Shown here one piece after another: positions 33,370 to 44,158 of a stretch of DNA of 64,000 bases (positions are counted from its first letter, which is position 1; each line of letters starts with the position of its first letter). The stretch spans positions 28,449-92,448 of the forward strand of contig JANRJA010000086.1 of the NCBI GenBank assembly GCA_033764315.1, written 5' to 3'. The notes beneath the pieces were generated by a model. That model worked only from the letters and a program-made list of their open reading frames with translations, was not told the DNA's origin and did not search any database. The stretch is from Oculatellaceae cyanobacterium bins.114. GTDB taxonomy: Bacteria > Cyanobacteriota > Cyanobacteriia > Elainellales > Elainellaceae. Position numbers and translations under genes: made by a program.

Positions 33370-33564
33370 ATGAAAACTACGTGTGTCATTCGTAAACTTG
33401 TGGAGCAGGCTCTCCAAATTAAACAGTTAACGCCTGATATTGAGAATGAGATTAACTATGAACTCACTCGCTTAGGATATGTTTCTGATGTTGACTATGA
33501 AGCATTAGAACTATTGATGTCAGAGATGGATGCAGGTCGCGTTCGCCTGGTTCCTAATCCGTAG
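33370..33564 (+). CDS. Small conserved-looking hypothetical protein (64 aa)
   Basis: AAGG RBS. The IRKLVEQAL...LT..E..I...EAL.LL....AGRV pattern resembles small cyanobacterial helical proteins. Confidence 0.75.
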   Translation: MKTTCVIRKLVEQALQIKQLTPDIENEINYELTRLGYVSDVDYEALELLMSEMDAGRVRLVPNP

Positions 33565-33899
33565 TCCCATAAAATTTCTTTTCTAAGGTGTCATCCTAAA
33601 GCTTTTAAACTAAAACCTTCAAATTCATCGCTGTGCCAATCAAGGCGATCGCTCCTGGGGAAACTGTTCTGTATTGCCCCAGCCCCTTCAATAAAACTCT
33701 GGTATATCCCAAATTTAACTAAATCTTTACTATTCCGCCCTGATGACGCTTTAAGAGCAAATGCGCTAGGTCGATTTAGGGTTTTGCACATGAATTCGCT
33801 TCAACTATTCCTACCCTAAAGATCGCCTCTAATTCGGGCAAACAAACTTTAAAACCCATTCAACATCAGCCAAAACGTATATTGTTATTGTGCTTTGGT

Positions 33900-34295
33900 T
33901 CAAGTACGAGTCGCTTGGAAGGTTTGAGGATGAGCCTGCCAAAGACGATGAATAAATGCTTGCAACTGCCGACGGGCACTATGATCCACGTCCAGTTGTA
34001 GTTTAGACTCACCTAGCTCTACTAAAAGCGGAATCACCTCAGTATCGAGCGATGCCCGAAATAGAGAACTAGGACACAACAGATCAGCCCCCTGCCGCAA
34101 GTCATACAAAATTGGGGCACTGGGTGTGTCTGTTGAAGAAGCTGGAAGTACCGAAGACATAACTTTTAACACAATCGGTCGCGCCCAGCATAAGTGACGA
34201 TCAGGTATCACCTGAATCACCTCTGAATATAGACATGCCTCTTCAAACTCAATACAAAGAATCTCAGAAGGGTAAAAGCTTGGATTTAGCTCCAT
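33900..34295 (-). CDS. Hypothetical cyanobacterial protein
   Basis: LYSEVIQVI..R.LCWARP and YDLRQGADLLCP..LFRASLDTEVIP. Confidence 0.78.
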   Translation of the reverse strand: MELNPSFYPSEILCIEFEEACLYSEVIQVIPDRHLCWARPIVLKVMSSVLPASSTDTPSAPILYDLRQGADLLCPSSLFRASLDTEVIPLLVELGESKLQLDVDHSARRQLQAFIHRLWQAHPQTFQATRT

Positions 34296-34577
34296 TGCAA
34301 AACAAGATAAGGAAATCGATTTGATCCTATAACGTCTCCAGCGATCGCCGTTTCAGTGAGAACGGGTGCAAGGAATCTTAGCGTCAGTACTCAAGCAAAG
34401 GGTGGAATCCCTGCAACTGTCCCAACTCTTCAGTTGCTATACCTTACGATCATACTGAACTACGTTGAAGGTCAGTCCAGCGAGATGCGCAGCAATAGTT
34501 GAATCAACTCTAAAATGTTATAAATATTTAGGGAAATACGAAAAAGCTGATTATCGTCTTCGGAGAGGATTGGAGCA

Positions 34578-34859
34578 GTGGCAGTCGAAACGATTCAACA
34601 GCAGTCAACTATCCGCAAACATGCACCCCAATATCGGGTGCTATTGCACAACGACGATTACAACTCAATGGAGTATGTCGTCATGGCTTTGCTAAAAACC
34701 GTAACAAGTTTGACACAACCTCAAGCTGTCAACATCATGATGGAGGCTCATACCAACGGCATTGCATTAGTGATTGTCTGCGCTCAAGAGCATGCAGAGT
34801 TTTACAGTGAATCCTTAAAGGCTCAAGGCTTAATGAGTACAATTGAGCCTGACGAGTAA
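34578..34859 (+). CDS. clpS: Clp protease adaptor ClpS
   Basis: YRVLLHNDDYNSMEYVV, MMEAHTNG and STIEPDE. Confidence 0.96.
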   Translation: MAVETIQQQSTIRKHAPQYRVLLHNDDYNSMEYVVMALLKTVTSLTQPQAVNIMMEAHTNGIALVIVCAQEHAEFYSESLKAQGLMSTIEPDE

Positions 34860-34889
34860 TTGCCCCATTCACCATTTTTGTTAGGGCTC

Positions 34890-35279
34890 ATGTTAGGCAC
34901 ATTTCAACAAAGTCATCTTCGTATTGAAGTCGAAGCATCTGAGGCAGCAATTCGAGATAGCTTGATGCGCCCAGAACAATTTCAACGGTGGATGTTTCCG
35001 CAGCAATTTTCCCCAGGGTTGCCCGATCAATTACAGGTTGGCACTGTTTTTACTAGCCGACTAGGCCCTGTTGCTGTGCGACATCATGTCCAAACCATTA
35101 CCTCTAATGGCTTATGTTTGCTCATGAATCAGGGTATTGATGGATGCCACCGCTGGAGTTGGGGAGACGGATGGGTGCAATCTTGCTTAGAAGGCGTTTC
35201 TCTTTTGCCTTTAAATCTAGGACAAACTCTGAGCTTGATTCGACTGCGAGAGTTTTTAAAGAATCCCCCTCAAACCTAG
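34890..35279 (+). CDS. Hypothetical protein (possible SRPBCC-like fold)
   Basis: MLGTFQQSHLRIEV...WSWGDGWVQSCLEGVSLLPLNLGQT. Directly downstream of clpS. Confidence 0.78.
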   Translation: MLGTFQQSHLRIEVEASEAAIRDSLMRPEQFQRWMFPQQFSPGLPDQLQVGTVFTSRLGPVAVRHHVQTITSNGLCLLMNQGIDGCHRWSWGDGWVQSCLEGVSLLPLNLGQTLSLIRLREFLKNPPQT

Positions 35280-35413
35280 TTCCTATCAACCAAGGAGCAG
35301 AGCAGCCAAACGCAGCTTCTCTCTCACCAGTTTCAAGGACTAGCAGATGAGGTATTGGCGGCCAGCAGACTCTCTACTTAATATCTAGAGTGATGTTGGT
35401 CTGCTAATACGGT

Positions 35414-36733
35414 TTAGGGTTCTTGTTCTAAATTTCCTCGTACTCGTAAACGGACTGAATCTCCATGAGAGGGCAATCCCTCTGCTTTAGTTAGAGTTTC
35501 GATCGCCCCAGAAACTTGCTGGAGAGCAGTAGGTGAATATTGAATGAGACTGGAGTATTTCATAAATGTCTCCACTCCTAGAGCAGACGCATAGCGTGCA
35601 GAACCAGAGGTTGGTAGTGTATGGTTAGGCCCCGCTAAATAATCTCCTACCGCTTCGGGCGTAGATAACCCCAAGAAGATAGCACCTGCATGGCGAATGT
35701 GCTCCAGTAGTGCCCAGGGATCAGCAACCTCAAGTTCTAAGTGCTCTGGAGCAAATTCATTAGATAGCTCAGCTGCCGCCTGAAGTGAATCGACAACGAC
35801 AACTAAGCCATAGTGGGCGATCGCCTTTTCGGTTAATAAATTGCGAGGGTGATTAACCAATTGTCGCTCTACCTCGACCACGACCTGTTGCGCCAGCGCA
35901 GCATCTGTAGTTAGCAAAATCGCTGCTGCCATCGGGTCATGCTCTGCCTGAGCCAACAAGTCAGCAGCAATATGAACTGGATTGGCACTTGAGTCAGCAA
36001 TCACCAAGACTTCTGATGGGCCGGCTAAAGAATCAATCCCAACGGCTCCATAAACTAGCTTCTTTGCCAAAGTGACGTAGATATTACCAGGACCTGTAAT
36101 CACATCTACTTTAGGAATGGTTTCAGTGCCATAAGCTAGAGCCGCGATCGCCTGTGCTCCACCAACCCGATAAATTTCATGGACTCCTGCCTCCTGCGCT
36201 GCCACTAACACAGCCGGATTGACCATTTTGTCAGGGCCAGGGGGCGTAGTAATAATAATTCGCGGAACCTTTGCTACCTTCGCTGGAATCGCATTCATCA
36301 GGACTGTGCTGGGATAGGCCGCTTTCCCCCCAGGAATGTAAAGCCCAGCCCGATCGATAGGAGTATATCGTTTTCCTAAAACAATTTCATGATCCCCAAA
36401 TTGAACCCAACTCTTGGGAATCCGCTGCCGATGGAAATCTTCAATTTTTTGACAAGCCAACCGGATGGCATCCAACAGTTCCTTAGAGACTTGCTGATAT
36501 GCCGCATCTAATTCTGACCCATTAACTCGCAGGTCCTCAGGCTTGAGAATCTGTTGGTCGAATTCTTCGGTGTAATGCAGAACTGCACGGTCACCTTTAC
36601 GTTTGACATCCTGGAGCACTTGCTGAACAGTCGCTTCCTTGTGGACGACCTGCTCATCGTGGGTGCGATCGCAGATCCGCCGCAGTTCAGTTAGTGCCTC
36701 AGATCGCTGATTAATGATTCGCAGCATCGCCAC
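35414..36733 (-). CDS. hisD: Histidinol dehydrogenase
   Basis: YIPGGKAAYPSTVLM, AGPSEV, QAEHD, APEHL and GDYLAGPNHTLPT. Confidence 0.98.
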   Translation of the reverse strand: MAMLRIINQRSEALTELRRICDRTHDEQVVHKEATVQQVLQDVKRKGDRAVLHYTEEFDQQILKPEDLRVNGSELDAAYQQVSKELLDAIRLACQKIEDFHRQRIPKSWVQFGDHEIVLGKRYTPIDRAGLYIPGGKAAYPSTVLMNAIPAKVAKVPRIIITTPPGPDKMVNPAVLVAAQEAGVHEIYRVGGAQAIAALAYGTETIPKVDVITGPGNIYVTLAKKLVYGAVGIDSLAGPSEVLVIADSSANPVHIAADLLAQAEHDPMAAAILLTTDAALAQQVVVEVERQLVNHPRNLLTEKAIAHYGLVVVVDSLQAAAELSNEFAPEHLELEVADPWALLEHIRHAGAIFLGLSTPEAVGDYLAGPNHTLPTSGSARYASALGVETFMKYSSLIQYSPTALQQVSGAIETLTKAEGLPSHGDSVRLRVRGNLEQEP

Positions 36734-36961
36734 ATTAAGAAATGCTAATTGAGGAGTAGCTCTTTAAGAACCAGGCTCACAATCTCTAGCGATTGAAACC
36801 GCCAGATTAACCTGTACCTATCTAGCTTAACCTGGATTTTTAGAGGATTTAGTATTATGACAACAGATACTTCCTTAAATTTAGCTAGTCTTTTGGTAAG
36901 ATCATTCGCTAGAATAGTAGGTCGCTATTCTAATTTCGCAGAGATACCTTAGAGATTAACC

Positions 36962-37267
36962 GTGGCAAATATTAAGTCGGCTATCAAACGCGTCCAAATT
37001 ACAGAACGCAACCGTCTTCGCAATAAATCCTACAAGTCGGCTGTTAAGACCCTAATCAAGCGGTATTTGACTGCTATCGGCGATTACACAGCTAACCCCA
37101 ACCCTGAATCGTTAGAAGAGGTTCAACAACGTTTGTCAGCGGCTTACAGCAAAATTGACAAAGCTGTCAAACGCGGAGTCTTGCACCGTAACAACGGAGC
37201 TCGAAAAAAATCACGCTTAATGAAAGCATTAAAACGGCAGACCGCGTCGATTTCAGCGGAAGCTTAG
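36962..37267 (+). CDS. rpsT: 30S ribosomal protein S20
   Basis: ANIKSAIKR and [22 protein letters not shown]. Confidence 0.98.
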   Translation: MANIKSAIKRVQITERNRLRNKSYKSAVKTLIKRYLTAIGDYTANPNPESLEEVQQRLSAAYSKIDKAVKRGVLHRNNGARKKSRLMKALKRQTASISAEA

Positions 37268-37347
37268 GCTTTAATCTCTCAAGCGTTGGCTTAAGTCTGA
37301 ATCTGTTTCACCTGATCTTTCAGAGGCTGTCCTGAATATTGGTCGCC

Positions 37348-38172
37348 ATGCAACTTATTGACACTCACGTTCATCTCAATTTTGAGAGCTTTCAGCCTGA
37401 TTTGGCAGAAGTTGCTCAACAGTGGCGTGATGTAGGTGTTGTCCGCTTAGTGCATTCCTGCGTTGAGCCTGCGGAGTTTCAAGCAATTCAAGCGATTGCA
37501 AAGCGATTCCCAGAAATTTCCTTCGCCGTTGGGTTGCACCCTCTAGATGCAGACAAGTGGACTGAGGCAGTGGCTGATGAAATTTTAGCCTTGGCTCAAT
37601 CTGATCCCCAAGTAGTTGCTATTGGAGAGACAGGGTTAGATTTTTACAAAGCTGATAACCAGGATCAGCAACGAGTTGCGTTTGTCAATCAACTGGCGAT
37701 CGCTCAACAACTCGATCTACCAGTGATTATCCACTGTCGAGATGCTGCTGCAGAGATGGTTGACCTATTGCGGTCTTTCTGGAATGAGCGAGGAGCCGTG
37801 TCAGGAGTGATGCATTGCTGGAGTGGCACCCCTGAAGAGACCCAATGGTTTTTAGATCTAGGGTTTTATATCAGCTTTAGTGGCATTGTCACCTTCAAAA
37901 ACGCCGTTCAAGTGCAACAATCGGCTCAGATGGTTCCTTCTAATCGCTTGTTGATTGAAACAGACTGCCCCTTTTTGGCTCCTGTGCCAAGACGAGGAGA
38001 ACGGCGAAATCAACCCGCTTATGTTCGATATGTGGCAGAACAAGTAGCTCGATTACGGGGTACGTCGATTGAAGCGATCGCCTCTCAAACGACTAATAAC
38101 GCTTGTCAACTATTTAGGCTCTCGATTCCCGAACTCGAAATCTCTCAAACGTTGGCTTGTTCTCATTCCTGA
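37348..38172 (+). CDS. tatD: TatD family hydrolase
   Basis: [29 protein letters not shown] and ETDCPFLAP. Confidence 0.95.
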   Translation: MQLIDTHVHLNFESFQPDLAEVAQQWRDVGVVRLVHSCVEPAEFQAIQAIAKRFPEISFAVGLHPLDADKWTEAVADEILALAQSDPQVVAIGETGLDFYKADNQDQQRVAFVNQLAIAQQLDLPVIIHCRDAAAEMVDLLRSFWNERGAVSGVMHCWSGTPEETQWFLDLGFYISFSGIVTFKNAVQVQQSAQMVPSNRLLIETDCPFLAPVPRRGERRNQPAYVRYVAEQVARLRGTSIEAIASQTTNNACQLFRLSIPELEISQTLACSHS

Positions 38173-38581
38173 AAATCAAACCCCAAAAACTGCCTGCTTT
38201 TTAACAAAGTGCCGCTAACACAATAGCGTGCTCTTGCGCCATAATGTTAGAAAATGTAGACTATCTGAATTCACTAGTGGAAATCTGTGTTAAAGTTGCT
38301 AGTCCTTGGTTAATTCTTTCCAATTGCCCCTAACTTTTTAACTTGCTAGCTAAGATGGGTGCATTCACCCCCCCAGCTCATCAGTCTGCCCGGTTGCTCA
38401 TACGTATATCCGCTAAATTGCTCTATTGCAGCTCTCATTATCACCTTTTCTTATATCCTTGCCAAACCAAGTTTGGTGGTTTTCAGTCCTCAATGTGAGG
38501 TCTGACTTTTTTCGTTGGTACTTCTATCAAGATGCTATAGCGCCGGGGAATTCCCTGAGCTTGAGTCGTTCGAGGAGACGC

Positions 38582-41500
38582 ATGACTAATCTAACCCAAG
38601 CCTCAATTAACTTTACCCTACCAGACCTGGTCGAAATTCAACGCTCTAGCTTCCGTTGGTTCCTCGAAGAGGGGTTAATCGAAGAATTAGATAGCTTTTC
38701 CCCAATTACTGATTACACCGGGAAACTAGAGCTTCATTTCCTAGGTAAAGATTACAAGCTGAAACGTCCAAAATATGACGTAGACGAAGCCAAACGGCGT
38801 GATAGCACCTATGCCGTTCAAATGTATGTTCCTACCCGTCTGATTAATAAAGAAACGGGTGAAATTAAAGAACAAGAAGTGTTCATTGGCGATCTTCCCC
38901 TCATGACCGATCGTGGAACCTTCATCATCAACGGGGCTGAACGGGTTATCGTCAATCAGATCGTCCGCAGTCCTGGGGTTTACTACAAAGCTGAAACTGA
39001 TAAAAACGGCCGTCGCACTTACAACGCCAGCTTGATCCCCAACCGGGGGGCATGGCTCAAGTTTGAGACAGATAAGAACGACTTGGTTTGGGTTCGTATT
39101 GACAAGACCAGAAAACTGTCAGCTCAAGTGTTACTCAAAGCTCTGGGGCTGAGTGATGGTGAGATCTTTGATGCTTTGCGTCACCCCGAATACTTCCAAA
39201 AAACCATTGAGAAAGAAGGGCAGTTCAGTGAAGAAGAAGCTCTGATGGAGCTTTATCGTAAGTTGCGTCCTGGTGAACCTCCAACAGTTTCTGGAGGGCA
39301 GCAGTTGCTAGACTCCCGCTTCTTCGATCCTAAGCGATATGATTTGGGTCGAGTCGGACGCTATAAGCTCAACAAAAAATTGCGTCTTACAGTTCCAGAA
39401 GCAACCCGTGTGTTGACTGCACAGGATATTTTGGCAGCAATCGACTACTTGATTAATCTAGAGTTTGACATCGGCATCGTCGATGACATCGACCACTTGG
39501 GTAATCGTCGGGTTCGTTCTGTGGGTGAGTTGCTGCAAAACCAAGTGCGAGTTGGTCTCAATCGGCTAGAGCGAATCATTCGAGAGCGGATGACTGTGTC
39601 AGATGCCGATTCTCTGACACCAGCTTCTTTGGTCAACCCCAAGCCTCTAGTCGCAGCGATCAAAGAATTCTTTGGTTCGTCCCAACTGTCTCAGTTCATG
39701 GATCAAACTAATCCTTTGGCTGAGCTAACTCACAAACGTCGTCTCAGTGCCCTAGGCCCAGGCGGTTTGACACGAGAGCGGGCAGGTTTTGCAGTGCGAG
39801 ACATTCACCCCTCTCACTATGGACGTATTTGCCCAATCGAAACACCTGAGGGCCCAAATGCAGGTCTTATCGGTTCTCTGGCAACCCACGCACGGGTTAA
39901 TAGCTATGGCTTTATCGAAACGCCTTTCTATCCAGTCGAAGGTGGACGAGTGATTAAAGATCGCCCTCCAACTTATATGACAGCGGATGAGGAAGACGAT
40001 TTTCGGGTGGCTCCAGGTGATATTCCTACGGACGAGAATGGCTATATTCTGGGTGAGCAAGTCCCAGTCCGGTATCGTCAAGAGTTTACCAACACTATCC
40101 CTGACGAGGTTGACTATGTGTTAGTTTCTCCCGTTCAGATTATTTCGGTCGCTACTTCATTAATCCCGTTCTTGGAACATGATGACGCCAACCGAGCTTT
40201 GATGGGTTCTAACATGCAACGTCAGGCAGTTCCTCTCCTGCGCCCAGAACGCCCTCTGGTAGGTACAGGGCTTGAGGCTCAAGCTGCACGTGACTCTGGG
40301 ATGGTTATCGTCAGTCGTACTAATGGTGAGGTCACCTATGTGGATGCCGATCGCATCCGAGTTCGAGACGACAACGGCAAAGAACACGAGTACTTCCAAC
40401 AAAAGTATCAACGTTCAAACCAGGATACCTGTCTCAATCAACGCCCGATTGTGTTTGTGGGCGATCGCGTTGTAGCGGGACAGATCATGGCAGACGGTTC
40501 TGCTACCGAAGGTGGAGAAATCGCCTTGGGTCAAAACGTAACCATCGTTTACATGCCTTGGGAAGGGTACAACTACGAGGACGCGATCCTGATCAGCGAA
40601 CGTTTAGTGTACGACGACGTTTACACCTCCATTCACGTTGAGAAATACGAGATTGAGGCTCGTCAGACCAAGCTTGGTCCTGAAGAAATCACTCGTGAAA
40701 TCCCTAACGTCGGAGAAGACGCCCTACGACAACTGGATGAGACTGGCATCATTCGAATTGGTGCCTGGGTTGAGTCAGGAGACATTCTGGTTGGTAAAGT
40801 GACTCCAAAAGGGGAGTCAGATCAACCGCCTGAAGAAAAGCTCTTACGAGCCATCTTCGGTGAAAAAGCACGAGATGTACGCGACAACTCCTTACGGGTA
40901 CCGAATGGTGAGAAAGGGCGTGTCGTTGACGTGCGCGTGTTTACTCGCGAACAAGGTGACGAACTTCCGCCAGGTGCCAACATGGTTGTTCGAGTCTATG
41001 TGGCCCAAAAACGGAAGATTCAGGTTGGTGACAAAATGGCGGGCCGTCACGGCAACAAGGGTATCATCTCCCGCATTTTACCTATTGAAGACATGCCTTA
41101 TTTGCCCGATGGTTCACCCGTTGACATTGTTCTCAATCCCCTTGGCGTTCCTTCTCGGATGAATGTCGGTCAGGTGTTTGAGTGTTTGTTGGGGTGGGCA
41201 GGCGAGAACTTGGGTGTGCGGTTTAAGATGACTCCCTTCGATGAAATGTACGGAGAAGAATCGTCTCGTATTACCACCCACGGCAAACTGATGGAAGCCA
41301 CGAAAATGCAGGATAAGGGATGGGTATTTGACCCTGAACATCCTGGCAAAATCAAGGTGTTTGATGGGCGAACTGGAGAAGCATTTGATCGCCCTATCAC
41401 CGTGGGTAAAGCTTACATGTTGAAGCTGGTTCACTTGGTAGACGACAAGATTCACGCCCGATCGACTGGTCCTTACTCGCTCGTGACTCAACAACCTCTA

Positions 41501-41881
41501 GGGGGTAAAGCTCAGCAAGGAGGTCAGCGATTTGGAGAGATGGAAGTATGGGCACTCGAAGCGTTTGGGGCGGCCTATATTCTCCAAGAGTTGTTAACCG
41601 TGAAGTCAGATGATATGCAAGGCCGCAACGAAGCTCTAAATGCGATCGTCAAAGGCAAAGCTATTCCTCGACCTGGCACACCAGAATCCTTTAAGGTGTT
41701 GATGCGCGAACTCCAGTCTCTCTGTTTGGATATTGCTGCCCACAAGTTAGAAACCAAGGATGACGGTTCTAGTCGAGATGTTGAGGTTGACCTCATGGCC
41801 GACGTCAGTGCTCGCCGTACTCCCTCACGTCCAACTTATGAATCTATCTCACGTGAAGAGATGGAAGAAGTCGAAGAATAA
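38582..41881 (+). CDS. rpoB: RNA polymerase beta subunit
   Basis: [20 protein letters not shown] and [17 protein letters not shown] 38582 follows GAGGAG. Confidence 0.99.
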   Translation: MTNLTQASINFTLPDLVEIQRSSFRWFLEEGLIEELDSFSPITDYTGKLELHFLGKDYKLKRPKYDVDEAKRRDSTYAVQMYVPTRLINKETGEIKEQEVFIGDLPLMTDRGTFIINGAERVIVNQIVRSPGVYYKAETDKNGRRTYNASLIPNRGAWLKFETDKNDLVWVRIDKTRKLSAQVLLKALGLSDGEIFDALRHPEYFQKTIEKEGQFSEEEALMELYRKLRPGEPPTVSGGQQLLDSRFFDPKRYDLGRVGRYKLNKKLRLTVPEATRVLTAQDILAAIDYLINLEFDIGIVDDIDHLGNRRVRSVGELLQNQVRVGLNRLERIIRERMTVSDADSLTPASLVNPKPLVAAIKEFFGSSQLSQFMDQTNPLAELTHKRRLSALGPGGLTRERAGFAVRDIHPSHYGRICPIETPEGPNAGLIGSLATHARVNSYGFIETPFYPVEGGRVIKDRPPTYMTADEEDDFRVAPGDIPTDENGYILGEQVPVRYRQEFTNTIPDEVDYVLVSPVQIISVATSLIPFLEHDDANRALMGSNMQRQAVPLLRPERPLVGTGLEAQAARDSGMVIVSRTNGEVTYVDADRIRVRDDNGKEHEYFQQKYQRSNQDTCLNQRPIVFVGDRVVAGQIMADGSATEGGEIALGQNVTIVYMPWEGYNYEDAILISERLVYDDVYTSIHVEKYEIEARQTKLGPEEITREIPNVGEDALRQLDETGIIRIGAWVESGDILVGKVTPKGESDQPPEEKLLRAIFGEKARDVRDNSLRVPNGEKGRVVDVRVFTREQGDELPPGANMVVRVYVAQKRKIQVGDKMAGRHGNKGIISRILPIEDMPYLPDGSPVDIVLNPLGVPSRMNVGQVFECLLGWAGENLGVRFKMTPFDEMYGEESSRITTHGKLMEATKMQDKGWVFDPEHPGKIKVFDGRTGEAFDRPITVGKAYMLKLVHLVDDKIHARSTGPYSLVTQQPLGGKAQQGGQRFGEMEVWALEAFGAAYILQELLTVKSDDMQGRNEALNAIVKGKAIPRPGTPESFKVLMRELQSLCLDIAAHKLETKDDGSSRDVEVDLMADVSARRTPSRPTYESISREEMEEVEE

Positions 41882-41898
41882 CGGGTTCACGATAGATA

Positions 41899-41935
41899 GG
41901 GACTGTTGATGGCACGTTTAAGCATCAACAGCCCC
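41899..41935 (+). other. Intercistronic hairpin between rpoB and rpoC1
   Basis: GGGACTGTTGATG...CATCAACAGCCCC. Confidence 0.6.
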
Positions 41936-41983
41936 TGTCTAAATCACTCTTAAACTGCCACACATAATGAAGGAAGAATAGTG

Positions 41984-44050
41984 ATGCCGAAGCTAGAACA
42001 GCGATTTGACTACGTCAAGATTGGACTGGCATCTCCAGAACGGATTCGCCAATGGGGTGAACGAACCTTGCCGAATGGCATGGTTGTTGGTGAAGTGACC
42101 AAGCCAGAAACCATCAACTACCGAACCCTCAAACCAGAAATGGATGGTTTATTCTGTGAACGTATTTTTGGTCCCGCGAAGGATTGGGAATGCCACTGTG
42201 GTAAATATAAGCGAGTCCGACACCGGGGTATTGTCTGTGAACGCTGTGGCGTAGAAGTAACAGAATCACGGGTTCGGCGGCACCGCATGGGTTATATCAA
42301 ATTGGCGGCTCCCGTCGCTCACGTTTGGTATCTCAAAGGCATCCCCAGCTATATGGCGATTTTACTAGACATGCCTTTGCGGGATGTTGAGCAAATTGTT
42401 TACTTTAACGCTTATGTAGTTCTCAATCCTGGTAATGCGGATAATCTCACCTACAAGCAACTCCTTACAGAAGACCAGTGGATTGAAATCGAGGACCAGC
42501 TTTATAGCGAAGATTCGCAACTGACCGGGGTTGAAGTAGGGATTGGGGCTGAAGCACTGCAACGCCTATTACAAGACTTAGAGCTTGAAAAAGAAGCTGA
42601 GCAACTGCGTGAAGAGATTGCAACCGCTAAGGGGCAAAAACGGGCAAAGCTGATTAAGCGGCTGCGCGTGATTGATAACTTTATTGCCACTCAATCTAAA
42701 CCAGAGTGGATGGTGCTGGCTGTCATTCCAGTGATTCCACCTGACTTGCGTCCTATGGTGCAACTGGATGGGGGTCGTTTTGCAACCTCTGACTTAAATG
42801 ATTTGTATCGTCGGGTCATTAACCGAAATAATCGTCTGGCTCGATTGCAAGAAATCTTGGCACCTGAAATTATCGTCCGAAATGAAAAGCGGATGTTGCA
42901 GGAAGCAGTAGATGCACTGATTGATAATGGTCGTCGAGGTCGGACAGTTGTAGGTGCTAACAACCGCCCCTTAAAATCGCTTTCTGACATTATTGAAGGA
43001 AAACAAGGCCGTTTTCGTCAGAACTTGCTGGGTAAGCGGGTTGATTACTCTGGACGTTCTGTCATTGTGGTAGGGCCAAAACTCAAAATTCACCAGTGTG
43101 GCTTGCCCAAAGAGATGGCGATCGAGTTATTCCAGCCGTTTGTAATTCATCGGTTAATTCGCCAAGGGTTAGTCAATAACATCAAGGCAGCAAAGAAACT
43201 GATTCAACGCAATGACCCCAGTGTTTGGGATGTCTTAGAGGAAGTAATCGATGGACACCCTGTGCTGTTAAACCGTGCTCCAACACTGCACCGTTTAGGG
43301 ATTCAGGCGTTTGAACCCATTTTGGTGGAAGGGCGAGCAATTCAGCTACACCCATTGGTTTGTCCTGCATTCAACGCTGACTTTGATGGTGACCAAATGG
43401 CGGTTCACGTTCCTCTGTCACTGGAAGCCCAAGCAGAGGCTCGACTGTTGATGTTGGCATCTAATAATATCCTCTCACCCGCTACAGGTAGACCTATTGT
43501 TACCCCTAGCCAAGATATGGTGTTGGGCTGTTATTACCTGACTGCTCACAACCCTACTCCTCAAAATGGAGAGAGTAAGTATTTTGTCAGCATGGACGAT
43601 GCGATCGCTGCTTATGAATCAGGGAAAGTGAGCCTCCACGCCTATGTCTGGGTGCGGTTTAATGGGCTGATTGAGCACGATGAGCCAGAATCAGAACCGC
43701 TCTACGTTCATGACGATCTATTTACGCTTGATCTTAAGGATGAGGATCCTCTGGTCAGCAAAGGGGATGTCGTCCTTCCTAATACTGAGATAGTCCCCGG
43801 CGTCGTGGTTCCTGAAATGGGTCAAGTCGTCCAGATCACTGATTCTCAAATCGTGCTTCGACCTGTTCGCCCTCAGGCACCCACCTCTAACTCTATTGAA
43901 GTAACGAAGGTGTATTTAGGAGCAAAGAGTAATAAACCAATGCGTTTGGTACGTGAAGATAACGATGGCAACGTCATATCTCAGTACATTCGCACAACTC
44001 CCGGTCGAGTCATTTACAACAAGGCTATTCAAAATTCCTTGGTGAGTTAG
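41984..44050 (+). CDS. rpoC1: RNA polymerase gamma subunit, with an extra SBHM-like insertion
   Basis: Zn-finger CHC..CERC and catalytic NADFDGDQM. It is 688 aa, longer than usual for this subunit. Confidence 0.99.
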   Translation: MPKLEQRFDYVKIGLASPERIRQWGERTLPNGMVVGEVTKPETINYRTLKPEMDGLFCERIFGPAKDWECHCGKYKRVRHRGIVCERCGVEVTESRVRRHRMGYIKLAAPVAHVWYLKGIPSYMAILLDMPLRDVEQIVYFNAYVVLNPGNADNLTYKQLLTEDQWIEIEDQLYSEDSQLTGVEVGIGAEALQRLLQDLELEKEAEQLREEIATAKGQKRAKLIKRLRVIDNFIATQSKPEWMVLAVIPVIPPDLRPMVQLDGGRFATSDLNDLYRRVINRNNRLARLQEILAPEIIVRNEKRMLQEAVDALIDNGRRGRTVVGANNRPLKSLSDIIEGKQGRFRQNLLGKRVDYSGRSVIVVGPKLKIHQCGLPKEMAIELFQPFVIHRLIRQGLVNNIKAAKKLIQRNDPSVWDVLEEVIDGHPVLLNRAPTLHRLGIQAFEPILVEGRAIQLHPLVCPAFNADFDGDQMAVHVPLSLEAQAEARLLMLASNNILSPATGRPIVTPSQDMVLGCYYLTAHNPTPQNGESKYFVSMDDAIAAYESGKVSLHAYVWVRFNGLIEHDEPESEPLYVHDDLFTLDLKDEDPLVSKGDVVLPNTEIVPGVVVPEMGQVVQITDSQIVLRPVRPQAPTSNSIEVTKVYLGAKSNKPMRLVREDNDGNVISQYIRTTPGRVIYNKAIQNSLVS

Positions 44051-44158
44051 TAGGGCATATCAACAGGGAGCCATGAACGTCATTCGATTTGATTGGAGAG
44101 TTCACTGGCTCCACGCATCACTCGTGATATCACACACGAAAGAGGGCAGATTAGCAAG

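Noticed and set aside
38426-38581. N-terminal extensions in the ORF track for rpoB (also rpoC2, fusA, ebsA, argG, purB)
   Set aside because: Downstream starts fit the family N-termini, and most have an RBS. The extensions are longest-ORF artefacts.
43718-43873. RpoC1 insertion considered as an intein or intron
   Set aside because: It is too short, has no Cys/Ser start or His-Asn end, keeps the reading frame open, and resembles RpoC2 SI3 instead.
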